From the sequence record SRR31156797_17365: DNA of 40,973 nucleotides; one strand, given 5' to 3'. Below the pieces are notes generated by a model, which saw only the letters and a list, made by a program, of their open reading frames with translations, did no database searches and was not told where the DNA came from. Positions 8,826 through 19,442 of this stretch are shown here, piece by piece. Made by a program: the position numbers and the translations under genes. Position 1 is the stretch's first letter, and the number at the start of each line of letters is the position of its first letter.

Positions 8826-9578
8826 ATGAGCCGATCAAAACCAGTAACGTTAGACGGGAAAACACCGTTGATTTGTGTGCCATTGATTGGGAAAACCAAT
8901 GAAGAGATCTTGAAACAAGCCATTGCTGCTGAGGAATCAGAGGCACAGATCGTCGAATGGCGTGTTGATCATTACAAACATGTCGAAGACCAGCAAGCGG
9001 TCTTAGATGCGTTATCACATATTCGCACGACATTAAAGCACAAAGAGCTGCTCTTCACTTTTCGAACCTTGGAAGAAGGGGGCGAGCGGGCGTTCACATT
9101 GACCCAGTACAAAGAATTGTGTTTAGCTGCTGCTGATTCAGGCTTGATCGATTGGATCGATGTCGAATTAGAGAAAGCTGAATTTTTAGGTCGAGCCTTT
9201 ATTCAAGAAATCAAAAAGGCACAGGTAAAGCTGATATTGAGCAATCATGATTTTGAGAAAACGCCAGAAGATGCTGTGTTGATTTTAAAGATCGGCGTAA
9301 TGAATCAATTTGGTGCCGATGTTGGCAAGTTAGCGATGATGCCCAAGCAAGTCCAAGATGTTTTACGTTTGATGGGGATCATTACTAAAGCGCGTGGCTT
9401 CAACCAACTGCCGTTGGCGATCATGTCGATGGGGGAGCTGGGGAAAATCAGCCGGATTAGTGGGGCATTGACTGGTTCGGTCTTTACTTTTGCTTCGTTG
9501 CAAGGTGCTTCAGCACCTGGACAAATACCGATCGAACGAATGACCAACTACTTACAAGAATTTTCACTCAATGAGTAA
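8826..9578 (+). CDS. aroD: Type I 3-dehydroquinate dehydratase
   Basis: EWRVD, FTFRT..EGG, SNHDFEKTP, KLAMMP, MSMG..G.ISR, SAPGQ; alternative GTG start at 8817. Confidence 0.93.
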   Translation: MSRSKPVTLDGKTPLICVPLIGKTNEEILKQAIAAEESEAQIVEWRVDHYKHVEDQQAVLDALSHIRTTLKHKELLFTFRTLEEGGERAFTLTQYKELCLAAADSGLIDWIDVELEKAEFLGRAFIQEIKKAQVKLILSNHDFEKTPEDAVLILKIGVMNQFGADVGKLAMMPKQVQDVLRLMGIITKARGFNQLPLAIMSMGELGKISRISGALTGSVFTFASLQGASAPGQIPIERMTNYLQEFSLNE

Positions 9579-9628
9579 GACCAGCCAAGGCCTTCTCTTA
9601 AAAGAAACCAAAACAAAAGAGGGATAAA

Positions 9629-10120
9629 ATGGCGAAGAAGAAACAAAAAACCAATGCGATCCGTCAAGTAGAACAACAGAAAATCGCTTATAACGAATAC
9701 ACCTATGAGTGGTCGGAAGACCATCTCGATGCGCAATCCGTCGCTGTGCAACTAGCACGCCCGCAAGCCATCTACAAAACGCTGGTGGCACTGGGCAACA
9801 AAACAGGTCCGCTAGTGGCTGTGATTCCTGGAAACAGAGAAGTGGATCTGAAAAAGTTAGCCAAAGTCAGTGGAAACAAAAAAGTAGAGATGCTGCATCT
9901 GAGAGATTTAGAAGAAACGACTGGCTATATTCGCGGCGGCTGTTCGCCGATCGGGATGAAAAAGCTCTTTCCTACTTATATTGATCGTGGGGCGCAGACA
10001 CTGGAAGAAATCGTGGTTTCTGCAGGAAAGCGCGGGTTGCAGATGGGGCTTGCCCCACAAGCGTTGCAACAATTGACTAGGGCGATCTTTGCCGATTTGT
10101 TGGCACCTGAACACGAATAA
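9629..10120 (+). CDS. ybaK: Cys-tRNA(Pro) deacylase
   Basis: KTNA, IYKTLV, TTGYIRGGCSPIGMKK, SAGKRG. Confidence 0.92.
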   Translation: MAKKKQKTNAIRQVEQQKIAYNEYTYEWSEDHLDAQSVAVQLARPQAIYKTLVALGNKTGPLVAVIPGNREVDLKKLAKVSGNKKVEMLHLRDLEETTGYIRGGCSPIGMKKLFPTYIDRGAQTLEEIVVSAGKRGLQMGLAPQALQQLTRAIFADLLAPEHE

Positions 10121-10167
10121 AAAATCCCCGTGAACCATCTTGAAATGCCGTTCACGGGGATTATTTT
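10119..10167. terminator. Bidirectional terminator between ybaK and lacD
   Basis: AATCCCCGTGAAC...GTTCACGGGGATT flanked by A and T runs. Confidence 0.8.
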
Positions 10168-10175
10168 GTACTATT

Positions 10176-11213
10176 TTATTCCATTACTTCAATATCGAAA
10201 ACCTCAATATTTTCTAAACCACCATAAAAGTCAAACCATGGAGTGGCATATTGTTTTAGAATGGCGTTTAATTCTTCAACATTTTCTTTCCCTTGGGTGT
10301 CCAGCCATTCCAGTAATGCTTTGGCGCCTTGCTTCCCATAGATTTCCACACTATCGCGCCAAGTTGCTCGCCCACCTAAGATTCCTGAGAATTTAGCACC
10401 GTGTTGACCAGCAAAGGTCAATTCATCGCGAAAGACATTCGCTGGAACTCCCGCACTCAAATAGATAAATGGCCGAGTCGCGGCGTCACTGGCTTCTTTG
10501 AAGTAATTGGCTGCTTCTTCTTGCGTATAGACGGCCTCTAAGCCTTCTTTTTGGAAGCCTTCCACTAAGTCGAACTGAACCGGTACTTCGACTTTCAAAA
10601 TATCGATATGGTAGTGATCTTTCGTCAATTCCTGAATGGTTCGGATGACCTTGCTCGGTTTGATCTTGGCAAAAGCAGGTGATTTGTCATCTGTGATCTC
10701 ATCATCATAGACGATCGGTTCCACAAATAAGGGAATATCGGCCGCCTGTGCCTCCGTACCTAAACGCTCCAAAAACGCATGTTTGGTATCTAAAATCTCT
10801 TGGGGTTCATCTGGATTATAATAAACCAAGACTTTTGCAGCATCCGCACCTTTTTTCACCAAGCGCTGCAACGATTCATTGGGTAAAATCTCTGGCAAAC
10901 GACCCGGCGTGTTGACATCATAGCCTGTTTTTTCATAGGAAAGGATCAAGCCAGCATTGGGATTCTTTGCTTCGATCCCTAAGAAGCCATATTCCTCATC
11001 TAACAGAATACTGCTGACATATTTGGTCAGTTCTTGGGAAACCAACTGTTTGAATTCATAAATGTGTTCCATCGTAAAGTCATCCGGTCCAGTTGCCGCC
11101 TTCATCATTTTTTTCATGGAACCACGTTGGTCGATCGCTAGTGCGGCAATCACACCGTCCTCATTTGAAAGTTTTTGCATTCGTTCAAATTTACCTCTTG
11201 AAATTCGTTTCAT
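10176..11213 (-). CDS. lacD: Tagatose-1,6-bisphosphate aldolase (LacD family)
   Basis: ALAIDQRGS, SSILLDEEYG, YEKTGYD, DILKVEVPV, YLSAGV, GRATW. Start moved to ATG 11213 behind GGAGG. Confidence 0.9.
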   Translation of the reverse strand: MKRISRGKFERMQKLSNEDGVIAALAIDQRGSMKKMMKAATGPDDFTMEHIYEFKQLVSQELTKYVSSILLDEEYGFLGIEAKNPNAGLILSYEKTGYDVNTPGRLPEILPNESLQRLVKKGADAAKVLVYYNPDEPQEILDTKHAFLERLGTEAQAADIPLFVEPIVYDDEITDDKSPAFAKIKPSKVIRTIQELTKDHYHIDILKVEVPVQFDLVEGFQKEGLEAVYTQEEAANYFKEASDAATRPFIYLSAGVPANVFRDELTFAGQHGAKFSGILGGRATWRDSVEIYGKQGAKALLEWLDTQGKENVEELNAILKQYATPWFDFYGGLENIEVFDIEVME

Positions 11214-11352
11214 AAAAAAAACCTCCCTCGATCTTGCTATCTTTAGTCTACGCCTACTTTGAGAAAAACCCAACTAATAAGCAAAAAGAGGGGGAGAACC
11301 AGGTGTTCGCAGCTACAGGCCAGGATATTGCTGCGAACACCCGGGTCGTCGA

Positions 11353-12615
11353 TCAATAATTGAAATAACTAGCTGTTTCTGCTGCGTTTTTTCCAGAAAC
11401 ATGACCCGTGCAAAACGCAGCGGTGATGTTGAAACCACCTGTATAACCATTGATATCCAGCAATTCACCGGCAAAATACAAGCCATTGATTTTCTTACTT
11501 TCCATGGTCTTAGGGTTGATTTCTTTCAGATGGACCCCGCCGCCCGTCACGAAGGACTTTTCTAATGGGAACGTGCGGACAATGGTGATTGAAAAGCCTT
11601 TGATCAAGGAAGCGAGCGCCGTCAACTGTTCCGGTGAGGCTTTTTCAGCAACCAGCTCATGCAAGTCTAGCTGCTGCAAAAAGAAGGTCATCAAGCGCTC
11701 AGGCAAAAAGCCAGCTAAAGCATTCGGCAATTGTTTCTTCGAAGCCGCAGACTGAATTAATTCTTGGGTCAAGGCTTCCTGGGCTTTCGTCGGCAGACAA
11801 TCCAGAACAACCGTCACTGGTTGCTGCTTTTTCAATTCTTGGTTCACAAAAGAGGAACAGCGCAAAGCAGCTGGACCAGATAACCCAAAGTGGGTAAACA
11901 AAAGATCCATGGTATGGGCGACGATGGGCTTTCCTTTTTGATCCAAGACGCTCAAGGTGATGTCTTGTAAGGAAATGCCCTGCAAGGTCCGTTCTTGAAT
12001 AAAAGATTCTTCTGAAACAAGCGGCGATTCGGTTGGATAAAGCGGCGTAATGGTATGCCCGACTTTTTTCGCCATCTTATAGCCGTCCCCCGTCGCGCCC
12101 GTGGAAGGATAGGTGCGGCCACCCGTCGTCAAAATCACGCTTGGGGCAGAGAACTCATCGGTTTCGGTTCGTACGCCGCGTATTTGGCTGCCATCATGGA
12201 TCAGCTTGGTTACGACCGTATTCGTCAACAGGGTGACGTGATGATCGTTGATTGCTTGAAGCAGCGCTTCGACGATGGTTTTTGATTTGTTCGTCACAGG
12301 GAACATCCGTCCGTGGTCTTCTTCTTTTAAGACGACACCTAAGTCTGCGAAAAACGCCATTACATCATAGTTATTGAATTGGGAAAACGTACTATACAAA
12401 AACTTGCCGTTTCCTGGAATATGAGCAACTAAATCATCTACCGGCCGATTATTGGTTACATTGCAGCGTCCGCCGCCAGTCATCAATAGTTTCTTGCCGA
12501 TTTTTTTGTTTTTTTCGATTAATAAGACCCTAGCACCTTGTTTGGCAGCGGTGATCGCAGCCATCATACCGCTCGTACCTGCACCAACAACGATGACATC
12601 ATAGGTTTTTTCCAT
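11353..12615 (-). CDS. NAD(P)/FAD-dependent oxidoreductase, HI0933/YtfP family
   Basis: GAGTSG, TGGGRCNVTN, FTHFGLSGPAAL, VTGGGV, GYTGGFN. Confidence 0.9.
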   Translation of the reverse strand: MEKTYDVIVVGAGTSGMMAAITAAKQGARVLLIEKNKKIGKKLLMTGGGRCNVTNNRPVDDLVAHIPGNGKFLYSTFSQFNNYDVMAFFADLGVVLKEEDHGRMFPVTNKSKTIVEALLQAINDHHVTLLTNTVVTKLIHDGSQIRGVRTETDEFSAPSVILTTGGRTYPSTGATGDGYKMAKKVGHTITPLYPTESPLVSEESFIQERTLQGISLQDITLSVLDQKGKPIVAHTMDLLFTHFGLSGPAALRCSSFVNQELKKQQPVTVVLDCLPTKAQEALTQELIQSAASKKQLPNALAGFLPERLMTFFLQQLDLHELVAEKASPEQLTALASLIKGFSITIVRTFPLEKSFVTGGGVHLKEINPKTMESKKINGLYFAGELLDINGYTGGFNITAAFCTGHVSGKNAAETASYFNY

Positions 12616-12691
12616 TCTTCTCACCTCTTTGGGATTGTAACACATCGCCTATGACTGCTGAAAGGAGAGGGCGATTTTTTTCGAATGATAA

Positions 12692-12736
12692 AAAATTCTG
12701 ACAATTCTAAAAAAAAGCGTGCAATTTCAGAAAATT
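12692..12736 (+). promoter_or_regulatory. Two CodY-box-like sites upstream of gdhA
   Basis: AAAATTCTGACAATT and CAATTTCAGAAAATT versus consensus AATTTTCWGAAAATT (3 and 2 mismatches). Confidence 0.6.
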
Positions 12737-12769
12737 TCTTTAAAATAGAAAATATCTTAAAGGAGGTAA

Positions 12770-14125
<1,356 letters not shown>

Positions 14126-14227
14126 AATCACCTGACAGGCTATCTATCAGGAATTACTTGAAAAAAGTTGGAAAAAAACGTAAAGTAGGTAGTGTATGAA
14201 AAACTATTTTTTCAAGGAGGACAAATC

Positions 14228-15574
14228 ATGTCACACATCAAGTTTGACTATTCGAAAGTAGCACCATTCGTGAACGAATACGAATTGAGCTACATGCAAA
14301 GTCAAGTTACAGCAGCAGACAAACAATTACGCGAAGGAACAGGTGCTGGTAGCGACTTTTTAGGTTGGATCGACCTTCCTAAAAATTATGACAAAGATGA
14401 ATTTGCGCGTATCAAAAAAGCGGCGGAAAAAATTCAATCTGATTCTGAAGTACTAGTCGTGATCGGGATCGGCGGATCTTATTTAGGAGCGAAAGCAGCG
14501 ATTGATTTCTTAAATCATTCTTTCTTTAACTTGTTACCAAATGAAGAACGCAAAGCACCACAAATCTTTTTTGCCGGTAATTCGATTTCTTCAACTTACT
14601 TAGCAGATTTGATCGAAATCATTGGTGACCGTGACTTCTCTGTGAATGTGATCTCAAAATCAGGAACAACTACTGAGCCAGCGATCGCTTTCCGTGTTTT
14701 CAAAGAACGTTTGATTGAAAAATACGGTAAAGAAGAAGCCAACAAACGGATCTACGCAACAACGGATAAAGCGAAAGGTGCAGTAAAAGTTGAAGCAGAT
14801 GCCGAAAACTGGGAAACCTTTGTGATTCCAGATGACGTCGGCGGCCGTTTCTCTGTATTGACTGCTGTTGGTTTATTACCAATCGCTGCCAGCGGAGCAG
14901 ATATCGATGCCTTGATGCAAGGGGCAGCAGATGCTAGCGATGCTTACGTAAGTGACGACCTTGAAAAAAATGAAGCGTATCAATATGCAGCAATGCGTAA
15001 CATCCTTTATCGCAAAGGCAAAGTAACCGAATTGCTGATCAACTACGAACCAGGCATGCAATACTTCTCAGAATGGTGGAAACAATTATTCGGTGAGTCT
15101 GAAGGAAAAGACCAAAAAGGGATCTATCCTTCAAGTGCAAACTTCTCAACAGATTTGCATTCTCTTGGTCAATACATCCAAGAAGGCCGTCGCAATATCT
15201 TTGAAACTGTCGTAAAAGTTGAAAAACCACGCAAATCAATTGCGATCCCTACACAAGAAGCAGATCTTGATGGTCTTGGCTACTTAGAAGGAAAAGAAGT
15301 TGATTTTGTTAATACGAAAGCTTTTGAAGGAACGTTACTTGCCCATACAGATGGGGATGTACCTAATCTGTTAGTAAAAATTCCTACAATGGATGCGTAC
15401 ACGTTAGGTTACACGATGTACTTCTTTGAGATCGCTGTAGGTATCTCTGGTTACTTAAACGGTGTGAACCCATTTGACCAACCAGGGGTTGAAGCGTACA
15501 AGAAAAACATGTTCGCCTTACTTGGCAAACCAGGTTTCGAAGATCTTGCAAAAGAATTGAACGAACGTCTATAA
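14228..15574 (+). CDS. pgi: Glucose-6-phosphate isomerase
   Basis: [44 protein letters not shown]; start at ATG 14228. Confidence 0.98.
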   Translation: MSHIKFDYSKVAPFVNEYELSYMQSQVTAADKQLREGTGAGSDFLGWIDLPKNYDKDEFARIKKAAEKIQSDSEVLVVIGIGGSYLGAKAAIDFLNHSFFNLLPNEERKAPQIFFAGNSISSTYLADLIEIIGDRDFSVNVISKSGTTTEPAIAFRVFKERLIEKYGKEEANKRIYATTDKAKGAVKVEADAENWETFVIPDDVGGRFSVLTAVGLLPIAASGADIDALMQGAADASDAYVSDDLEKNEAYQYAAMRNILYRKGKVTELLINYEPGMQYFSEWWKQLFGESEGKDQKGIYPSSANFSTDLHSLGQYIQEGRRNIFETVVKVEKPRKSIAIPTQEADLDGLGYLEGKEVDFVNTKAFEGTLLAHTDGDVPNLLVKIPTMDAYTLGYTMYFFEIAVGISGYLNGVNPFDQPGVEAYKKNMFALLGKPGFEDLAKELNERL

Positions 15575-15585
15575 TTCGACAAAGA

Positions 15586-15631
15586 AACGCCTTGTGCCAG
15601 TTCTGATTGGCACAAGGCGTTGTTTTATTTT
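15586..15631 (+). terminator. Terminator after pgi, possibly bidirectional
   Basis: AACGCCTTGTGCCA...TGGCACAAGGCGTT followed by a T-rich tail. Confidence 0.8.
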
Positions 15632-15668
15632 CGCGTTTGTTGTGTTACTCGATAGTTGATCCAAAAAA

Positions 15669-15743
15669 TCAGCGGTCTTCTTTTAATCCCCAAAGCAACG
15701 CAGCAGACAATAGTCCAAAGATACAGGTTTGAATAATTGGCAT
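15669..15743 (-). CDS. Unannotated 24-aa single-TM peptide MPIIQTCIFGLLSAALLWGLKEDR
   Basis: AAGGAG RBS 9 nt upstream; promoter GTGCCA-17nt-TATACT at 15799..15771; hydrophobic core and charged tail. Confidence 0.55.
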   Translation of the reverse strand: MPIIQTCIFGLLSAALLWGLKEDR

Positions 15744-15866
15744 TTGACTCATCTCCTTTTGATTTCCTTTAGTATAAAATGCTTTTTAAGAAGTGGCACG
15801 AACAAACCAGTGCGTTTGAACGAACGAAACTGTCATTTCTTGGTGACAAATGCGTGATAAATTGAA

Positions 15867-15880
15867 ATAAAACGTTTTCA
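15867..15880. promoter_or_regulatory. cre (CcpA)-like site
   Basis: TGAAAACGTTTTAT on the - strand versus TGWAANCGNTNWCA (12/14). Confidence 0.5.
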
Positions 15881-15936
15881 ATTTGATGCTTTTTTGTTAT
15901 TATATCTTTATGAAAGAAAACGGTTGAGGTGAGGAT

Positions 15937-16146
15937 ATGGAGAATATTACGATCGGTGAAAAATATGTCTGCCGACCTGTCGGGGCGAGCAAGCCTGTGA
16001 TTGGTGTGGTGGAAAAACTATACGTACATACGGCGTTGATCGTCGCTTCAAGTTATGAAGAAGAAGATCAAGCACAAGTAGAAGCTTGTAATCGTCGGAT
16101 GATCGTCAGTTTCAATAAAATTTGTACGCAAACGAACGTTGCCTAA
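15937..16146 (+). CDS. Small hypothetical protein (SH3-like, YkvS/DUF2187-like by eye)
   Basis: GAGG RBS, IGEKY...GVVEKLY..TALI pattern, downstream terminator. Confidence 0.7.
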   Translation: MENITIGEKYVCRPVGASKPVIGVVEKLYVHTALIVASSYEEEDQAQVEACNRRMIVSFNKICTQTNVA

Positions 16147-16155
16147 CCAACTAGC

Positions 16156-16195
16156 AAAAAATGCTGCTCAACGGATCACCGTGAGCAGTATTTTT
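16156..16195. terminator. Bidirectional terminator
   Basis: AAAAAATGCTGCTCA...TGAGCAGTATTTTTT. Confidence 0.75.
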
Positions 16196-16207
16196 CTTTG
16201 TGTGAGA

Positions 16208-18010
16208 TCAGCCAACGCCAATCACGAAATTCAATAGTTTGTCTGAATAAGTCATGTCTTCTTCCGACAAACTCAACTCTTCATTTAAAATCCCCATTTG
16301 GTCAGTAATGATCCCGTCTACACCGTAAAAACGCATTCGGCTGATAGTATCCGCATCATTGGGGGTCCAAACGAACACTTCCTTGCCATCGGTCCGGGCA
16401 GAAGCGATGAAATTGCGGTTGATCGTACTGTATTCCATTGTCAGAAAGTCGGCACTGGTCAGTGGCGGCCCTACGACATTGAAAGGCATGATGTATCCCG
16501 ACGTCAATTCAGGCGCCTTCTCTTTTAATTCTTCAACTACTGTATAGGAGAGGCTTTGCATGATATGCCCATTTGCAACTAAATCCTCTTGGTATCGGTC
16601 TAAGAAGGCATCTACGAGTGCCGCAGTATCTTTTTGTTGGGTTTTGATCTCCACCAGTAATTTTTGGTCCAACTGATTGGCAAGCGCCAAGTACTCGTCA
16701 AAAGTTGGAATACGGGCTGTCTGGTTGTTTTCTGAAACCGTCAGTGATTCGGCGTAACTCAAGGGCAATTGCTCGGGTTTTCCTTTGCTGCCTGTCAAAG
16801 GCCGGTAAGAAAAATCATGGTAGACAATAAAATGACCATCACTTGTTTGCTGGACGTCCATTTCCACGTAGTCCGGCTGATATTTCTCACTAGTAAAACG
16901 TAACGCTTCAAGGGAATTTTGGACCCCTTGTCCGTCGCTTACCCCTCGATGGGAGATCGTTACCGGATGGATCGAAGCAGCTGAGGTCAGATAGTTCATA
17001 TTATACAGACTAACCCCAACACCAAAAAGTACCGTGACCAAGGTAAACAAGGAACTTTTCAGTCCTAGAAAATGTCGCTGGTTCAATGGTTCTTGGTGGA
17101 ACCACGAAGGGATCTCTGGTAAAAAGCCTTCATCATCCATGAAATCAACGATGATGTAAAAAATAGCCACGGTCGATAAAATGACATTCAGTAACAAAAT
17201 AAACTGCAAGAAAGTCATAATAAAAACAGCACTATACAACGCATAGTCCGGTGTAACAACTTCAATCACCGCTTGAAGGGTAATCAGCAGCGTGAAGCCC
17301 AGAGTCGTGATCAATAAGATACTACCACCGATAAAGACAAATTGACCAACGATGGCAAAAAAACGGCGTTTTGTTACTTGGAGGCTTTCTTTGATCGCTT
17401 TTCGAAAGGGCAGATCACGTAAAATCATTTCCGGTAAGGCAATGATCACGCGAATCCCCAAGTAAATCAACAAAACATAAACCAAAAGCACTGCCCCAAT
17501 GATCAAGACACGATTGGCAAAAATAAAGTCCATGATAAAAGCAGGGATTTTGATTTTTGCGAGTAAATCCGAATTAAAACTCAATCCACCGATGGGTAAA
17601 ATCAGTAAGAAGTAAAAAAGGAAAAATAAAAAGGTCATCGGCCGTAATTTGCGCAATTGCAAAATAGTCATTCGTAACAATTGCCGCAAGCTGATGGGCT
17701 GCTTCTTTTTGATAAAATAGACACTCAGCAGCAAGAAAGTAAATTCAAAAAAGACGGCTAATAAGATCAAAAGCAAAATCAGGGTTAATGAGAGCAACAC
17801 AACAGGGTGATCTGTAAAGATACTACCGATATTATCGAAAGAAAGGTAAGGCAAGCCGCCGCGCTTTAAGACGAACTTGGTGGAAGCCGATAATATCGGG
17901 ATCACTAAGAACAACAAGGCACCGTGCATCAATAAAACATCACGGAAGTAGGCATTGCTGTCTTTCAAAAAATCCCACGTGTTGACTAAGCTGTTTTTTA
18001 AATAATTCAT
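16208..18010 (-). CDS. Membrane-anchored glycerophosphodiester phosphodiesterase (GPDPase_memb + GDPD)
   Basis: About 7 TM at the N-terminus; C-terminal SHRG, VEMDVQ, VEIK, VFVWT, DGIITD. Start uncertain (18010, 18019 or 18046). Confidence 0.9.
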   Translation of the reverse strand: MNYLKNSLVNTWDFLKDSNAYFRDVLLMHGALLFLVIPILSASTKFVLKRGGLPYLSFDNIGSIFTDHPVVLLSLTLILLLILLAVFFEFTFLLLSVYFIKKKQPISLRQLLRMTILQLRKLRPMTFLFFLFYFLLILPIGGLSFNSDLLAKIKIPAFIMDFIFANRVLIIGAVLLVYVLLIYLGIRVIIALPEMILRDLPFRKAIKESLQVTKRRFFAIVGQFVFIGGSILLITTLGFTLLITLQAVIEVVTPDYALYSAVFIMTFLQFILLLNVILSTVAIFYIIVDFMDDEGFLPEIPSWFHQEPLNQRHFLGLKSSLFTLVTVLFGVGVSLYNMNYLTSAASIHPVTISHRGVSDGQGVQNSLEALRFTSEKYQPDYVEMDVQQTSDGHFIVYHDFSYRPLTGSKGKPEQLPLSYAESLTVSENNQTARIPTFDEYLALANQLDQKLLVEIKTQQKDTAALVDAFLDRYQEDLVANGHIMQSLSYTVVEELKEKAPELTSGYIMPFNVVGPPLTSADFLTMEYSTINRNFIASARTDGKEVFVWTPNDADTISRMRFYGVDGIITDQMGILNEELSLSEEDMTYSDKLLNFVIGVG

Positions 18011-18065
18011 GGTCGTCATCCTAACAAAGTAAGTATTGTGGTTCAATTTATTCTAGAAAGGCGGT

Positions 18066-18148
18066 AAAAAAGAGCCGAACAGTTTTAGAAGCACATTTGC
18101 CACAGGCATAGTTCCCTGTTTGAAAAGCAGCTTCTTTACGTTCGGCTC
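18066..18148 (-). other. Long nested hairpin ending in a U tract (terminator, attenuator or dispersed repeat)
   Basis: Nested stems GAGCCGAAC/GTTCGGCTC, AGAAGC/GCTTCT and ACAGG/CCTGT. Confidence 0.55.
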
Positions 18149-18183
18149 GCTGAATTGATCGTTGTTTTTCTTACATATGATTC

Positions 18184-18783
18184 TTATCCGCCTAACAAAC
18201 CAGTTAAGAATGTTCCACCGTAAATCAATGCCATACTGTACAAGAAAATTGAAGCAGGTTTTGCCAACAAAATAATCAACGTAAATTTCTTCACTGTCAT
18301 GTTGGTCAAGCCAGCCATTAGACAAAGGGCATCATCTGGGGCAACCGGTAGAAAGATTGCAAGGGCGAACAGTTTTTCAAATCGGCTTTGGTTGTCTAAC
18401 CAGCCGATATATTTATCGTAAGTTTTGTCACTGATCATACTTAAAATGAATGGTTTACCGTATCGTCGGCCAAGCAGGAAAATAATGACAGAACCAATAC
18501 TGATTCCTACATAGTTATAAACGAATCCTAGATAAGGACCGAAAATCAAGACACCTGCAGCGCTGGAGACACCACCGGGAATAATCGGGATTACTACTTG
18601 CAAGATCTGCAATAGGATAAAGACGATTGGTCCTAAGATAACGGAATTTCCAACTAGACCTCGCAGTGCATTAATGTCTTTGAAAACACCTAGATTGATA
18701 AAATAGATGGTTAACGCGATCGATAAACCTAAGCCAATAATAGAAATCGTATTAATGATACGACGAGAAGTTGCTATGCTCAC
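18184..18783 (-). CDS. TVP38/TMEM64 (DedA/VTT) family membrane protein
   Basis: QVVIPIIPG, GS..IFLLGRRYG, PVAPDDALCLMAGL; GTG start with AAGGAG RBS. Confidence 0.88.
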   Translation of the reverse strand: MSIATSRRIINTISIIGLGLSIALTIYFINLGVFKDINALRGLVGNSVILGPIVFILLQILQVVIPIIPGGVSSAAGVLIFGPYLGFVYNYVGISIGSVIIFLLGRRYGKPFILSMISDKTYDKYIGWLDNQSRFEKLFALAIFLPVAPDDALCLMAGLTNMTVKKFTLIILLAKPASIFLYSMALIYGGTFLTGLLGG

Positions 18784-18971
18784 AGGACTTCATCTCCTTT
18801 ATGTTTCATAATCTCACTATACGGGGTGAGACCAGAAAAATCCAGTAAAACAAATGACAAACGTCAAACAGTTTTGTAAGGTATGCCCTTATTATAAAAG
18901 AAGTCCGAAAAGAAAACATTGTACTAAAGTCTGAAATAAGAAAAATTTATAGTTTCTGCGCGCCAATAGTT

Positions 18972-19442
18972 TCAGGAGATTTTTTTATCTGGATGACGTT
19001 TTTTTGTGCGTTTCACTTGCCAGCGATTGACGATCTTTTCAACCACACTCGTCATCATGAATCCGCCGGCAATCGCCCCAGCGGTGATGACAACGATCAT
19101 CAGATTTTCAAAACCGACAAAGTTGTCGCCCAAAGCGAATTCTCGAACGGCTTTGTAGGCAGGGCCACCCGGTACGAGGGGAACGAGGCTGGGAATGTTA
19201 AAAATGATCATGGGCATTTTTTTTCTGCGGGAAAAAAAGATGCTGACGCAACCGACGGCAAATGCGGCTAAGAAGTTGGCACTGCCTAGACCGTAGCCAA
19301 TCGTTTGCAATGACCAATAGATCATCCAGCCAACCGTTCCAGCAATGCCTGTGGCAACTAAGGCTCTTTTAGGAATATTGGTCAAGATGCCGAAGGTTAC
19401 AGTGCTTAAGAAGCTGAAGGAAAGGTGAATAAAAATCGTCAT
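18972..19442 (-). CDS. Threonine/serine exporter family, ThrE_2 subunit
   Basis: FGILTNIPKR, IPSLVPLVPGG; coupled to the upstream ThrE gene. Confidence 0.88.
   Translation of the reverse strand: MTIFIHLSFSFLSTVTFGILTNIPKRALVATGIAGTVGWMIYWSLQTIGYGLGSANFLAAFAVGCVSIFFSRRKKMPMIIFNIPSLVPLVPGGPAYKAVREFALGDNFVGFENLMIVVITAGAIAGGFMMTSVVEKIVNRWQVKRTKKRHPDKKIS

Noticed and set aside
8826..9578. aroD separated from the other aro genes
   Set aside because: Catalytic motifs are intact, and a methyltransferase-aroD pairing is familiar in Lactobacillales.
18053..18325. 90-aa ORF overlapping the TVP38 gene and the hairpin
   Set aside because: Out-of-frame overlap with a supported gene, with no RBS.
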